Shown here: positions 9,888 to 19,723 of the stretch, piece by piece | How the letters are laid out: each line of letters opens with the position of its first letter | How positions within the stretch are numbered: the first letter of the stretch is position 1 | Assembly (NCBI GenBank): GCA_035570595.1 | Contig: DATMLF010000147.1 | Coordinates: forward strand, 852 to 64,851 | Direction of reading: 5' to 3' | DNA from: Stellaceae bacterium | GTDB lineage: Bacteria > Pseudomonadota > Alphaproteobacteria > ATCC43930 > CGMCC-115725 | DNA: 64,000 bases | Made by a program: the position numbers and the translations under genes | Notes under the pieces: generated by a model | The model's database searches: none | Told to the model about the DNA's origin: nothing | Seen by the model: the letters and a program-made list of their open reading frames with translations, nothing else

Positions 9888-10774
9888 GCGCCGCGCCGCC
9901 CTTGAAGCGGCGGGCGCGCCGGCCGAATTACCGGCTGCGGCGGGTTCTCGTCGAAGCAGCCTCGGCGGCGCTCGGGGCGGTCGTCGTCGTCTGGTCGCTG
10001 ATCCCGGTGTACAACATGTTTCTGGTCGCGCTCGACCCGACCGGCCACAACGAATTCACCGGCGAAATCTGGCCGCTGCACCCGACTCTCGACAGCTTTG
10101 TCGCATTGTGGACCGAGGGCGCCGACGACGTCGAGCATATCTGGAGCCAGTTCGGCAACAGCATCTACATCGGGATCATGGTAATGGCGCTGACCGTCGT
10201 GATCGGCTCGCTCGCCAGTTTCGCGGTCGGCCGGATGCGCCTCGCCCAGGATTGGGCGCTCACCAACACGGCGCTTGTGACTTATGTGATCCCGTCGTCG
10301 ACCCTGATCATCCCGTTCTTTCGAGTGATGCACATCTATCGGCTGTTGGACAATCCGTGGGCGGTCATCGCTGCGGAAGTGACGTTTGCGACCCCCTACG
10401 CCATCCTCGTCCTGCTGCAATATGCGAAATTGATCCCGGTCGAGCTCGACGAAGCGGCCCGGATCGATGGAGCATCGGTGGCCCAGGTCTATCTCCGTAT
10501 TTATCTGCCGCTAATCGCCCCGGCGCTCGCCGCAGTCGGAAGTTTCGCGATACTGTTATCCTGGAACGATTACTTTTATCAATACATGTTGCTGATGTCG
10601 GAAAAGCACACGACAGTGGCCGTGGCGCTGGAGCAGTTCTTCGACGACGACGACGCGCCCTGGAACTACATGATGGCGATCGCGATCGTTTACTCGCTGC
10701 CGCCGATCGCGATTTTCTACGCGCTTCGCCGGTATATAGCAGCCGGTCTGACGAAGGGCGGCGTCACGGGCTAA
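9884..10774 (+). CDS. Carbohydrate-type ABC transporter permease (MalG-like)
   Basis: GTG overlaps the upstream TGA (GTGA). EAA loop LDEAARIDGASVAQVYLRIYLPL. Confidence 0.85.
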   Translation: MSAAPPLKRRARRPNYRLRRVLVEAASAALGAVVVVWSLIPVYNMFLVALDPTGHNEFTGEIWPLHPTLDSFVALWTEGADDVEHIWSQFGNSIYIGIMVMALTVVIGSLASFAVGRMRLAQDWALTNTALVTYVIPSSTLIIPFFRVMHIYRLLDNPWAVIAAEVTFATPYAILVLLQYAKLIPVELDEAARIDGASVAQVYLRIYLPLIAPALAAVGSFAILLSWNDYFYQYMLLMSEKHTTVAVALEQFFDDDDAPWNYMMAIAIVYSLPPIAIFYALRRYIAAGLTKGGVTG

Positions 10775-10804
10775 ACGCTGCCATTCGCCGGGCCGCACCG
10801 CGCC

Positions 10805-12013
10805 TCAGCGGAACATGCGGCCTTCCGGCGGCAGGCCGAGCAGGATCTGGCCGACGGTCTCGAAATGCACCGGGCGGCCCTGGCCCTGCTGGCTGCCGGC
10901 GTGCATGTCGCGCAGCCGTCGCTCGAACGGGTTCTCGTTGAAGATCGCGGTGGCGCCGGCGGCGCTGTAGACCTGGGCGACGACCTCCCGCGACTGCTGA
11001 ATCGCCCAGGTCGAGGCGAGCCTCAGGCGCGCGTGCTGGTCGGGGCGGAACTCGCCGTTGCGTTGGGCCTCGTCCCACATCTCTTCGAGCGTCTGGTGGA
11101 TAAAGGCGCGGCACGAGCGCAGCCGGGCCTCGCATTGCGCGACTTGCGACTGGATCACGTTGTTGTTGCGCAATGGGTTGCGCGCCCCGCGCGGGATCTT
11201 GTCGCGCGCCAGCACGATAAACGACTCGAGCGCGCCGCGGGCGATGCCCAGGGACACGTTCGAAAAGCCCATCGCATAGACCATGCCGCTGGTGAACTTG
11301 TAGAGGGTGCCCGGCTCGCGCCGCTCGGCGGCGTTGTCGCGCCCGCAGGTGTAGCGTTGCGGCACAAACAAATCCTCGACCGCGTAGCTGTCGCTGCCGG
11401 TGCCGCGCAGCCCGATCACCTGCCAGTTATCGATGATTTTGGCGCTGGTTTTCGGGAACAGCACGGTGCGCACGGCGGGCCGGCCGTTCGGGTTCATTCG
11501 CGGCGTGCCGTCCTGCTCGACGATCGGCACATGGGCGCCAAGCCAGGTCGCGTGCCGGCTGCCGGTGGCAAAGCCCCAGCGGCCGGTCACCCGGAGGCCG
11601 CCTTCGACCGCGACCCCCCGGCCGGCGCCGGGCAGGTCCGGCCCCCAGGCGAGAATGCCCTGTCGCGGCCCGAAAATCTCGCGCGCAATCACCGGGTCGA
11701 GGTAGGGTGCGGTCATCGAGCAGCCGGAATTCTGGCCGAGCGACCACGCCGTCGACGGTTCCGCCTTGGCGATCTCCTCGAGCACCTGGACATAGGTCAG
11801 CGGGTGCAACTCGGCGCCGCCCAGCGAGCGCGGGATCAGCAATTTGAAAAAACCGCCTTCGATCAGCGCCTCGACGACGCGCGGCGGCAGTTGGCGGTGC
11901 TCCTCGATCTCGTCGGCGGCGTCCTCGAGCAGCGGCTTCAGCGCCCGCGCTCGTTCGATGTAATCGGCCCCGCGCGTCTCGGGCCGAGCCAAATCGAGGT
12001 CAATCGACGCCAT
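10805..12013 (-). CDS. Acyl-CoA dehydrogenase-fold protein (flavin-dependent monooxygenase-like subgroup)
   Basis: 402 aa from ATG 12013 (GGAGAACAAG upstream). ACAD N/M/C-domain-like sequence, with GSDSYAVEDLFVP in the middle domain. Confidence 0.8.
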   Translation of the reverse strand: MASIDLDLARPETRGADYIERARALKPLLEDAADEIEEHRQLPPRVVEALIEGGFFKLLIPRSLGGAELHPLTYVQVLEEIAKAEPSTAWSLGQNSGCSMTAPYLDPVIAREIFGPRQGILAWGPDLPGAGRGVAVEGGLRVTGRWGFATGSRHATWLGAHVPIVEQDGTPRMNPNGRPAVRTVLFPKTSAKIIDNWQVIGLRGTGSDSYAVEDLFVPQRYTCGRDNAAERREPGTLYKFTSGMVYAMGFSNVSLGIARGALESFIVLARDKIPRGARNPLRNNNVIQSQVAQCEARLRSCRAFIHQTLEEMWDEAQRNGEFRPDQHARLRLASTWAIQQSREVVAQVYSAAGATAIFNENPFERRLRDMHAGSQQGQGRPVHFETVGQILLGLPPEGRMFR

Positions 12014-12163
12014 CTTGTTCTCCCTTTGCCGACACGGCGACGCCCGCCGGCGCTGTCCTGCTGGGCCGGTGCTATCCTTGGGCAAGATACCATCGCATGA
12101 AGGGGGCCAGCGACGATTTCCGCGCAACCCGCCCCCGCCCACTGGGCGCGAACCGGCGGGGCT

Positions 12164-13459
12164 TCAGCCGCGGGCCGCGAGCGGCAGCCACCAGCGCCGC
12201 GTCAGCAGCATCGCCGCGAGCCCCGCGCCTCCGGTCGCGGCGACCGCCCACGACGCGCCGATCAGCCCGGCCAGCAGCCCGATCTGAATAAAGCCGACCA
12301 TGCCGACGCCGATGCACACCGACAAGACGCCATAGACCCGGCTGCGCATCTCGGCCGGCGCCGCCAGATAGACCAGGGTTGCCTGCATGATGCTGAAACA
12401 GGCGTTGGCGACGCCCGTCGCCAGCAGCACCGATCCGGCAATCACCGGATACGGCACCAGCGCAAAGATCGGCACCAGGCTCAGATAAAGCACGACGCCG
12501 CCGAGATAGATGCGGGAAAACCAGGGCGGCCGCGCCAGGAACACGATGGCGACCGCGCCGCAAAACGCCCCGATCCCGGTCATGCTCGATAAAATGCCGA
12601 CACCGACGGCGCCCAGCCCCAGCCGATCCTGGCCGATCACCGGGATCATGCTGGTCGACGGCCAGGCGAACACGTTGGAGATCACGGTGACGACCAGGGT
12701 CGCGATGAGCCGCGAATCGCGGCGCACCAGCGCAAGACCCTCGATGATCCGCGCCAGCACGCTGCCGGAACCGACCGGCAGGGCGGCGTTGCGGTGACGC
12801 ACGCGGAAGGCTGCGGTGAGGGCCACGAGATAGCACACGACGCTGACGCAAAACACCCCGCCAATGCCGAACGACGACAGCAGCACGCCGCCGAGCGCGG
12901 GGCCGACGATCTGGCTCGCATTGTTGGCGCCGACATCGATCGACATGGCGCTGCTCATGCGCTCGGGGCCGACCGCGTCGCCGATCATCGTGCGCCGCAC
13001 CGGGTTGTCGGTGGTCCAGCCGATGCCGTTGCAAAAGGCGGCGACCGCCAGATGCCAGATGGCGAGATTGCCCGTCCAGGCCAGGACCGCGAGGGTCAGC
13101 GAGGTCAGACCCATCGACAGCACGACGAAGATCAGCGCGGTGCGTCGCTCGAAACGCTCGGCGAGCGCGCCGATCACCGCGCCGAATAGCGCCATCGGCA
13201 GCATCCGCAACATCGTCAGCGCCGCGACGACAAACGGCGAATGGGTGTGCTGGTAGGCAAACACCGCGACGGCCAGCATCTCGAGCCAGCGCACCCCGAA
13301 GACCACCAGGCCGACGACCCACAGCCGCCAGAAATCGGGGGCGTCGATCAGCCACGCGCCGGGGTGCGGACGCGCGAGCGCCGGGCTCGCGGCATAGCCC
13401 CTCGCGGCGAGGCCGGGCAGAGCCCGGCATGCCCGCGGCCAGCGCACGATGCCGCTCAT
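12164..13459 (-). CDS. MFS transporter
   Basis: 431 aa with about 12 hydrophobic segments. ALAERFERR loop between TM2 and TM3, typical of MFS. Confidence 0.85.
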   Translation of the reverse strand: MSGIVRWPRACRALPGLAARGYAASPALARPHPGAWLIDAPDFWRLWVVGLVVFGVRWLEMLAVAVFAYQHTHSPFVVAALTMLRMLPMALFGAVIGALAERFERRTALIFVVLSMGLTSLTLAVLAWTGNLAIWHLAVAAFCNGIGWTTDNPVRRTMIGDAVGPERMSSAMSIDVGANNASQIVGPALGGVLLSSFGIGGVFCVSVVCYLVALTAAFRVRHRNAALPVGSGSVLARIIEGLALVRRDSRLIATLVVTVISNVFAWPSTSMIPVIGQDRLGLGAVGVGILSSMTGIGAFCGAVAIVFLARPPWFSRIYLGGVVLYLSLVPIFALVPYPVIAGSVLLATGVANACFSIMQATLVYLAAPAEMRSRVYGVLSVCIGVGMVGFIQIGLLAGLIGASWAVAATGGAGLAAMLLTRRWWLPLAARG

Positions 13460-13603
13460 TGACGCCCTCCGACCCGTTTCCGTCCCATCGCGGCGAAACC
13501 TGCTTGCCTATCGCCGCGACATCGCCATGTTGCGTGATCGGCTGTCCGATGCCGGCTTGCCGCAGGCTTATCAGAGAATCGCCGGTTGGGCGATTCTTAG
13601 GCA

Positions 13604-15265
13604 GTGGGTCCGGCGGGGGAAGTCGCCGCCGCACCGCCGTTTCTGGCGTGGGCGCCAATCCGCTCGGCGGTGCGTTTACTCGGCGGGGCGTTTACATTCT
13701 CCGATCCTGCGATCCTCGGGGAGGTTCCGATTTCGCTCGAGGTTGAACTGAAGCTGACCGTCGATCCCGCGGATTTGCCCAAGCTGAGGGAGGCGCTCGG
13801 GGTGCTGGCCCCCGGTTCGGCGACGACCGCGCGCACCCTCGTCTCGACCTATTTCGAGACCCCGGACCGTAAGCTGCGGCGGGCCGGGTCGATCCTGCGC
13901 GTGCGCGAGCAAGACGGGCACTTTATCCAGACTCTCAAGACGGAGGATCCCGAGGGCGCGAATCTGCTGGCGCGCGGCGAGTGGGAAGACCCGGTCGCCG
14001 ACAACTGGCCGGACCCGCAGGCGGCGCAGAGCGGCCCGCATCTGCCCGACGGCGCCGCCGACGGCCTGCGCGCGCTGTTCGTGACCGAGGTCGACCGCCT
14101 GACCGTCGATGTCGAGCCGCTACCGGGGACGCTGATCGAAGCGGCGATCGACCGGGGTCAAGTGCGCGCGGTCGACAACGGCCGCAACTGGACGTTGAGC
14201 GAACTCGAGCTCGAGCTCAAGGAAGGCGACCCGGCCGCGCTCTACGACGTGGCGCTCGCCTTGCTCGAAACCGTCCCGCTGCGGGTCGATCTGCGCAGCA
14301 AGTCGGAGCGCGGCTACCGGCTCGCCGATGGGGACGATGCGGAACCGGCGGCGGTCTCGGCCGGGCCTGTCGCGCTCGGCCCGGACATGACGGTCGAAGA
14401 GGCGCTGCAGCGCGTCGGGCGGGCCTGCCTCGGGCATTTGTTGCGCAACGAGCCGGCGGCGCTTGCCGGCGGGGTCGAGGGCGTCCACCAGATGCGGGTG
14501 GCGATGCGCCGGCTGGGCTCCATGCTCTCTGCCGTCAAAAAGCTGCTGCCCGAGGCCGAGCGGCGCTGGGTTGCCGACGAAATCAGGGTGCTGACCGAGG
14601 CGCTTGGCCCGGCGCGCAATCTCGATGTCTTTGCGACCGAGCTGTTGCCGCCGGCGCGGTCCGAGGCTCCCGACCAGCCGGGCTGGGACGAGTTGGCGGC
14701 GGCGGCTGCTCGCGCCCGCGACGCGGCCCACCGCCGCGTCGCCGACGAGATCCGCTCGCCGCGACACGCCGCGACGATCTTGCGCCTGTTGCGCTGGTTC
14801 GAGGGGCGCGGGTGGCAGGGGCGGGCCGGCGACGCGGAAGGGGCGCTCGGCGTCGCGATCGGCGCGGTGGCGCCTGGCGTGCTCGACCGCCACCGGCGCT
14901 CGATGCGCAAGCGCAGCCGGCATTTTCGGCGGCTGCCGGCGCGCGGCCGCCATCGCGCGCGCATCGCCGTCAAAAAGCTGCGTTACGCGATCGAGCTGCT
15001 CGACAGCCTTTACGACAAGCGCGACGCCCGGCCGTTTGTCAACCGGCTGAAACGGGTGCAGGATGAGCTCGGCCGCGCCAACGACGTGCGCGTCGCCTAC
15101 GGCCTCGTCATCGAGCTTGGCCGCTCGGAGACGCGCGCCGAGCCGTTCGCGGACGCGGCGGCTCAGTTGCTCGGCCGGCACGAGCGAGCGCTCGCGAAAT
15201 CCGAAAAAAAGCTGCGTCGGCAGCTGCGGGAGCTGAACCGGGCGCGGCCGTTTTGGCACGGATGA
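13604..15265 (+). CDS. CYTH + CHAD domain protein (triphosphate tunnel metalloenzyme fused to CHAD)
   Basis: ExExK motif (EVELKL) near the N-terminus. The helical, His/Arg-rich C-terminal half carries VHQMRVAMRRL and VKKLRYAIELL, typical of CHAD. GTG start is uncertain. Confidence 0.85.
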   Translation: MGPAGEVAAAPPFLAWAPIRSAVRLLGGAFTFSDPAILGEVPISLEVELKLTVDPADLPKLREALGVLAPGSATTARTLVSTYFETPDRKLRRAGSILRVREQDGHFIQTLKTEDPEGANLLARGEWEDPVADNWPDPQAAQSGPHLPDGAADGLRALFVTEVDRLTVDVEPLPGTLIEAAIDRGQVRAVDNGRNWTLSELELELKEGDPAALYDVALALLETVPLRVDLRSKSERGYRLADGDDAEPAAVSAGPVALGPDMTVEEALQRVGRACLGHLLRNEPAALAGGVEGVHQMRVAMRRLGSMLSAVKKLLPEAERRWVADEIRVLTEALGPARNLDVFATELLPPARSEAPDQPGWDELAAAAARARDAAHRRVADEIRSPRHAATILRLLRWFEGRGWQGRAGDAEGALGVAIGAVAPGVLDRHRRSMRKRSRHFRRLPARGRHRARIAVKKLRYAIELLDSLYDKRDARPFVNRLKRVQDELGRANDVRVAYGLVIELGRSETRAEPFADAAAQLLGRHERALAKSEKKLRRQLRELNRARPFWHG

Positions 15266-15312
15266 GGCCGGATGCGGCGGCAGCGCGCGGCGCAGACCTC
15301 GCCGGCCGAACC

Positions 15313-15972
15313 TCAGTCGGCGGCGGCCCTGGCCGGGACTGGGCAGCTCACCCCAGTGCCGCCGAGCCCGCAGTATCCGCGCGGGTTCTTTGCGAGATAT
15401 TGCTGGTGATACTCCTCGGCGAAATAAAACGGCGGGGCGTCCGCGATTTCGGTCGTGATCGCGCCGAAGCGCGCGCCTTCAAGAGCCGGCTGGTACGCGC
15501 CGCGCGAAGCGTCGGCAGCGCGCCGCTGCTCGGGTGAAAATGTGTAGATCGCGGAGCGGTACTGGGTGCCCCAGTCGTTGCCTTGGCGCATCCCCTGGGT
15601 CGGGTCGTGACTCTCCCAGAACAGCTTCAGCAAAGCCTCGTAGCTGACCGCCGTCGGGTCGTAGACGACGAGAACCGCCTCGGTGTGGCCGGTGCGCCCG
15701 CTGCACACCTCTTCGTAGGTCGGGTTCGGGGTCGAGCCGCCGGCGTAGCCGACGGCGGTCACCCACACGCCCGGCATCTGCCAAAAGATACGCTCGGCGC
15801 CCCAGAAGCAGCCGAGTGCAAACAGCGCCTTCTCAAACCCGGCGGGATAAGGGCGGGCAAGCGCATGGCCGTTGACGAAATGCCGCTCCGGCACCTTGAT
15901 CGCCGCGGCGCGTCCGGGCAGGCAATCCTCGGGCCGCGGAACGGCCAGCTTGTCACGCATCGACGGCCACAT
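15313..15972 (-). CDS. msrA: Peptide-methionine (S)-S-oxide reductase
   Basis: GCFWGAE active-site motif and [28 protein letters not shown]. Confidence 0.95.
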   Translation of the reverse strand: MWPSMRDKLAVPRPEDCLPGRAAAIKVPERHFVNGHALARPYPAGFEKALFALGCFWGAERIFWQMPGVWVTAVGYAGGSTPNPTYEEVCSGRTGHTEAVLVVYDPTAVSYEALLKLFWESHDPTQGMRQGNDWGTQYRSAIYTFSPEQRRAADASRGAYQPALEGARFGAITTEIADAPPFYFAEEYHQQYLAKNPRGYCGLGGTGVSCPVPARAAAD

Positions 15973-16206
15973 GGCGGCCCCCTTCTATTAGAAATCCGCC
16001 GGCATTGGCGGATCATGCCTCGATGTAGGCAGGATCGCCGGCCCGGCCAAGGGCGTGCGCCGCCGCCATGCCGGGGGATTGCGCCAGGTCGGCAATCGGC
16101 CGGCGGCGCCGAAGTCGCCGAGCCGGTTGCGCGGGACCCGATTGGGTTATGATTTGGGCTCCGCCATGACTCGGCAAACGGCCGGCGGGAAATTCGCGGC
16201 GGCGGC

Positions 16207-16248
16207 GCAGCACGGGGACTTGAGACGCGGCAGCACGGGGACTTGAGA
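16207..16248 (+). repeat. Direct repeat 2 x 19 nt (GCAGCACGGGGACTTGAGA), 23-nt period, abutting the cytochrome c start codon
   Basis: Identical copies at 16207-16225 and 16230-16248. The last A of copy 2 is the A of ATG 16248. Confidence 0.9.
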
Positions 16249-16769
16249 TGGTAAGGGGATTTGTAGTCGGCGTGGTGGTCGCCATCGTGGTAGCGCTCGT
16301 CGTCGCCTATCTCGTGGTGACCAACGGCGTCATCCCGGCCAACGCCGACGGCAAGCCGCTTCCGCTCGAAAGCTGGGCGGCCAAGGCCTCGCTGGGGGCG
16401 ACCCTCGCGCGCGAGGCGCCCAAGGGTGCAAACCCGGTCACGCTGAGCGACGCAAACCTGGTCGTCGGCATCGGCCTTTTCGGCAAGCATTGCGCGATTT
16501 GCCACGGCACGGCGAAAGGCGACGCCTCGGCCACCGCGCTCGCCAAGGGGCTCTACCCGCGGCCGCCGCAACTGGCGACAGATGGCGTGGAGGACGACCC
16601 CGAGGGATATTCCTTCTGGAAAATCAAGCACGGGATTCGCTGGACCGCGATGCCGTCGTGGGGCGACGCGCTGAGCGACCAGCAGATCTGGACCCTCGCA
16701 CTTTTTTTGAAGCACATGGACAAATTGCCGCCGGCCGCCGCACAAGCTTGGCAGCAAGTCACGAATTGA
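16248..16769 (+). CDS. Membrane-anchored c-type cytochrome
   Basis: N-terminal TM helix, CAICHG haem-binding motif, and a downstream Met ligand region RWTAMPSW. Confidence 0.85.
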   Translation: MVRGFVVGVVVAIVVALVVAYLVVTNGVIPANADGKPLPLESWAAKASLGATLAREAPKGANPVTLSDANLVVGIGLFGKHCAICHGTAKGDASATALAKGLYPRPPQLATDGVEDDPEGYSFWKIKHGIRWTAMPSWGDALSDQQIWTLALFLKHMDKLPPAAAQAWQQVTN

Positions 16770-16884
16770 GATGCCGGCGCGCCGCCGCCCGCCATCCTTG
16801 ACCGAACGACCGCGACGCTGTTGTCAGGCACAGGCCGACGCGGTATTAGAGCGCGGCGAGCCAAGGCCGAAGGGGGCGGTTATC

Positions 16885-17565
16885 ATGGCGTTACCCAGCT
16901 GCCAGAAACTTGTTTGGCCGACCCGCGATCGGCGCGAGCGTAGCGCGCGCTGGGCGGGCCGGATGGTCTTGTTGATCGCGCTGCCGTTACTGGTCGCCGC
17001 CGGGCCGGTGATTGCCGCGCCGACCGGCGACAGCGACCCAAAGGCCGCCGCGTTTATGAACCAGTTGTGGTCGCGCGCGCTGGAGCTCCTCAACAAAAAG
17101 GCGCCGGCCGCCGAACGGCAAGCCCGGTTCCGCGAGCTGTTCCACGATGATTTCGACTCGCCAGGCATTGCCCGCTTTGTCCTCGGCCGCTATTGGCGGA
17201 CCGCCAGCCCCGAGGAGCAAAAGGAATTCCTGAAGCTGTTCGAAGACTACGTCGTTTACGTCTACACCGCGCGCCTTTCCGATTTTCAGGGGGAAGAGTT
17301 CAAGATCAACAGCGCGCGCTCGGACGAGGGTTCGGTGATTGTCTCGACGGACGTGCTCACGCCCGGGGCGCCGACGCCGCTCAAGGTGGATTGGCGGCTC
17401 GTCAACGACGACGGCGTCTATAAAATCTCCGACGTGATCGTCGAGGGCGTGAGCATGCTGGTGACCCAGCGCTCCGAATTCGCCTCGATCATCCAGCGCC
17501 ACGGCGGACAGGTCCAGGGTCTGTTGGACCTGATGCGGGAAAAGACCGCGAGCACGACTCAGTAA
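16885..17565 (+). CDS. MlaC/Ttg2D-family phospholipid-binding periplasmic protein
   Basis: ATG 16885 after AGGGGG. Signal peptide. FDSPGIARFVLGRYWR and YKISDVIVEGVSMLVTQRSEF are typical of the family. Confidence 0.8.
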   Translation: MALPSCQKLVWPTRDRRERSARWAGRMVLLIALPLLVAAGPVIAAPTGDSDPKAAAFMNQLWSRALELLNKKAPAAERQARFRELFHDDFDSPGIARFVLGRYWRTASPEEQKEFLKLFEDYVVYVYTARLSDFQGEEFKINSARSDEGSVIVSTDVLTPGAPTPLKVDWRLVNDDGVYKISDVIVEGVSMLVTQRSEFASIIQRHGGQVQGLLDLMREKTASTTQ

Positions 17566-17641
17566 CCCGGCCCGGCTTGGGCGCGGCGCATCGCCCTTGC
17601 CTCGCGGCGGTGGGCGGGACCCCTCGCCGCCGCGCACCCGT

Positions 17642-18820
17642 TTACCCGCGCAGGCTCGGCGCATAGCCCTTGCGCGGGTACTCCTCCCAATACTGGCGAA
17701 AGCCGTGCGCGGTTGTCTCCTGGTGGGGGTGGGCGCGCAGTTTGGCGACATCGAGGTCGATGCCGAGCCCGGGGGCGGTCGGCAGCTCGACCCACCCGTC
17801 CGCTACCGCCAGCGACTGGGTGGCGATGTCACGGCACAAATCCTGAAAATTGACGAAATACTCGGCGATCCGAAAATTGGGGATCACCGCCGACAGGTGC
17901 ACGGTCGCCGCAAGCCCGACGAGCGTGCTGTTGTAGTTGTGCGGCGCCATGACGACCGCCTGCGGCTGCGCCATTGCAGCAATGTCGAGCATCGCGGTAA
18001 TGCCGCCGACGACGCAGATGTCGGGGTTCAGAATATCGGCCGCGCGCTTGGCGAGGCATTCGAAAAACGCTTCCTTCGTGTAGAGCGCCTCGCCGGTGAC
18101 AATCGGGACCGGCACCGCGCGGCGCACCTCGGCGACGAGGTCGATGTTTTCGGCGAGGCAGGGCTCCTCGTACCAGTCGACGCCGAGCTCGGCGAGGCGG
18201 TGGCCGATGCGGATCGCGTGCGCCGGCGCGAAACGGCGGTGCGCCTCGATCAGCAATTCGAAATCGGGGCCGAGCGCCTCACGCATCGCGCGGACATGGT
18301 CGATCGCGAAATCCTCGTCGCGGCGGTCGACAAAGGTGCGCCACGGCCCCGGGAACGGGTCGAACTTGGCGGCGCTGAAGCCCATCGCCTTGACCTTCAG
18401 CCCGCATTCGACGCGCTCGTCGATCGTGGCGCCGCGCGCCCAACCGTTGGCGTAGACGCGGATGCGCTCGCGCGAGGCGCCGCCGATCAGGTTGTAGACC
18501 GGCAGGCCGGCGCGCTTGCCGAGCAGGTCCCACGAGGCGATCTCGATGGCGCTCCACGCCGACAGCAGCTCCGGCGAGCCCCGCTTGATCGCGAAATCCT
18601 CAAAGATGATTTGGGCGGTATGGCGGATGTTGAACGCGCTGCGCCCGACGACGTGCGGCGCCATCGTGCGGATGCATTCGGCGACCACGCTCTCCTTGCC
18701 GTGCGTGACATAGGCCTCGCCCCAGCCGTGCTGGCCGTCCTCGGTCTCGACCCGGCAGAACAGCAGGTCCTTCGAGCTGCCGGTGCCGAGGATAAAGCTC
18801 TCGATGCGGGCGATTTTCAT
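17642..18820 (-). CDS. Enolase-superfamily enzyme (mandelate racemase/muconate lactonizing, acid-sugar dehydratase-like)
   Basis: MKIARIESFILG...WGEAY N-terminus, metal-ligand regions LLIEAHRRF and WYEEP, and ITAMLDIAAMA. Confidence 0.85.
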   Translation of the reverse strand: MKIARIESFILGTGSSKDLLFCRVETEDGQHGWGEAYVTHGKESVVAECIRTMAPHVVGRSAFNIRHTAQIIFEDFAIKRGSPELLSAWSAIEIASWDLLGKRAGLPVYNLIGGASRERIRVYANGWARGATIDERVECGLKVKAMGFSAAKFDPFPGPWRTFVDRRDEDFAIDHVRAMREALGPDFELLIEAHRRFAPAHAIRIGHRLAELGVDWYEEPCLAENIDLVAEVRRAVPVPIVTGEALYTKEAFFECLAKRAADILNPDICVVGGITAMLDIAAMAQPQAVVMAPHNYNSTLVGLAATVHLSAVIPNFRIAEYFVNFQDLCRDIATQSLAVADGWVELPTAPGLGIDLDVAKLRAHPHQETTAHGFRQYWEEYPRKGYAPSLRG

Positions 18821-19025
18821 GGCGGGCTCTTTTCCGGTCGGCGAATTTACGGTTGGCGTGAGGCTGCCGCACCGCCAGCGTAGCATCCGCAGCCGCGCCG
18901 GCGCCAGCGCGGGTGCCGGTGTCAGGGTCGGCGGCTGGCTGCGACCAAACGGAACGAGCCGGAACAGCCGTTCAGCGGTTATGGTGGACCGATTGTGTTC
19001 CGGATCCGCAGTAACGGAAACCATT

Positions 19026-19694
19026 ATGTCCGATGAAGCCCGTTCCTTTCGCGACCAGGTTGGCGCCCCGGGCGGGGAGCACCAGGAGGGCCGCCGCGAT
19101 TTTCTGATGCTGGTGGCGGGTGCGGTCGGCGCCGTTGCCGTCGTCGCGACCGGCTATGCGGTCGTCGACTCGATGAGCCCCGCCGAGGACGTGCTGGCCG
19201 CCGGCGGCCCGGTCGACGTCGACCTGAGCAAGGTGGCGCCTGGGCAGCAGGTCGTCGTCCAGTGGCGCGGTAAGCCGATTTTTGTCGTCGACCGGACCCC
19301 GGCGCTGCTCAAGGAGCTGCAGGACCCGAAGCTGGTTGGCCGGCTCAGCGACCCGAACTCCGACAACAACCAGCAGCCGCCCTATGCCGACAACTGGCAC
19401 CGCTCGATCAACCCCCAATATGCGATCCTGGTCGGGGTGTGCACGCATCTTGGCTGCATCCCGCTGTTCTTTCCCAAACCCGATCCGAGCAATCCCGCGC
19501 CCGATTGGCTCGGCGGCTATTTCTGCCCGTGTCACGGGTCGAAATACGATTTGGCAGGCCGGGTCTTCGCGGGTGTGCCGGCCCCTTACAACCTGCCGGT
19601 GCCGCCCTACCATTTCCCCGACAAAAAAACGCTCCGGATCGGCGAGAACCCGCCCAACCAGACCTGGGACTTCGGCTCGATCGTACAGATCTGA
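19026..19694 (+). CDS. petA: Rieske [2Fe-2S] subunit of cytochrome bc1 type, orphan copy
   Basis: Tat-like RRDFLMLVAG. CTHLGCIP and CPCHGSKYD cluster boxes. No cytochrome b/c1 gene follows. Confidence 0.9.
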   Translation: MSDEARSFRDQVGAPGGEHQEGRRDFLMLVAGAVGAVAVVATGYAVVDSMSPAEDVLAAGGPVDVDLSKVAPGQQVVVQWRGKPIFVVDRTPALLKELQDPKLVGRLSDPNSDNNQQPPYADNWHRSINPQYAILVGVCTHLGCIPLFFPKPDPSNPAPDWLGGYFCPCHGSKYDLAGRVFAGVPAPYNLPVPPYHFPDKKTLRIGENPPNQTWDFGSIVQI

Positions 19695-19723
19695 GCCGCG
19701 CGTGGCCGGGACGGTCTACAGAG

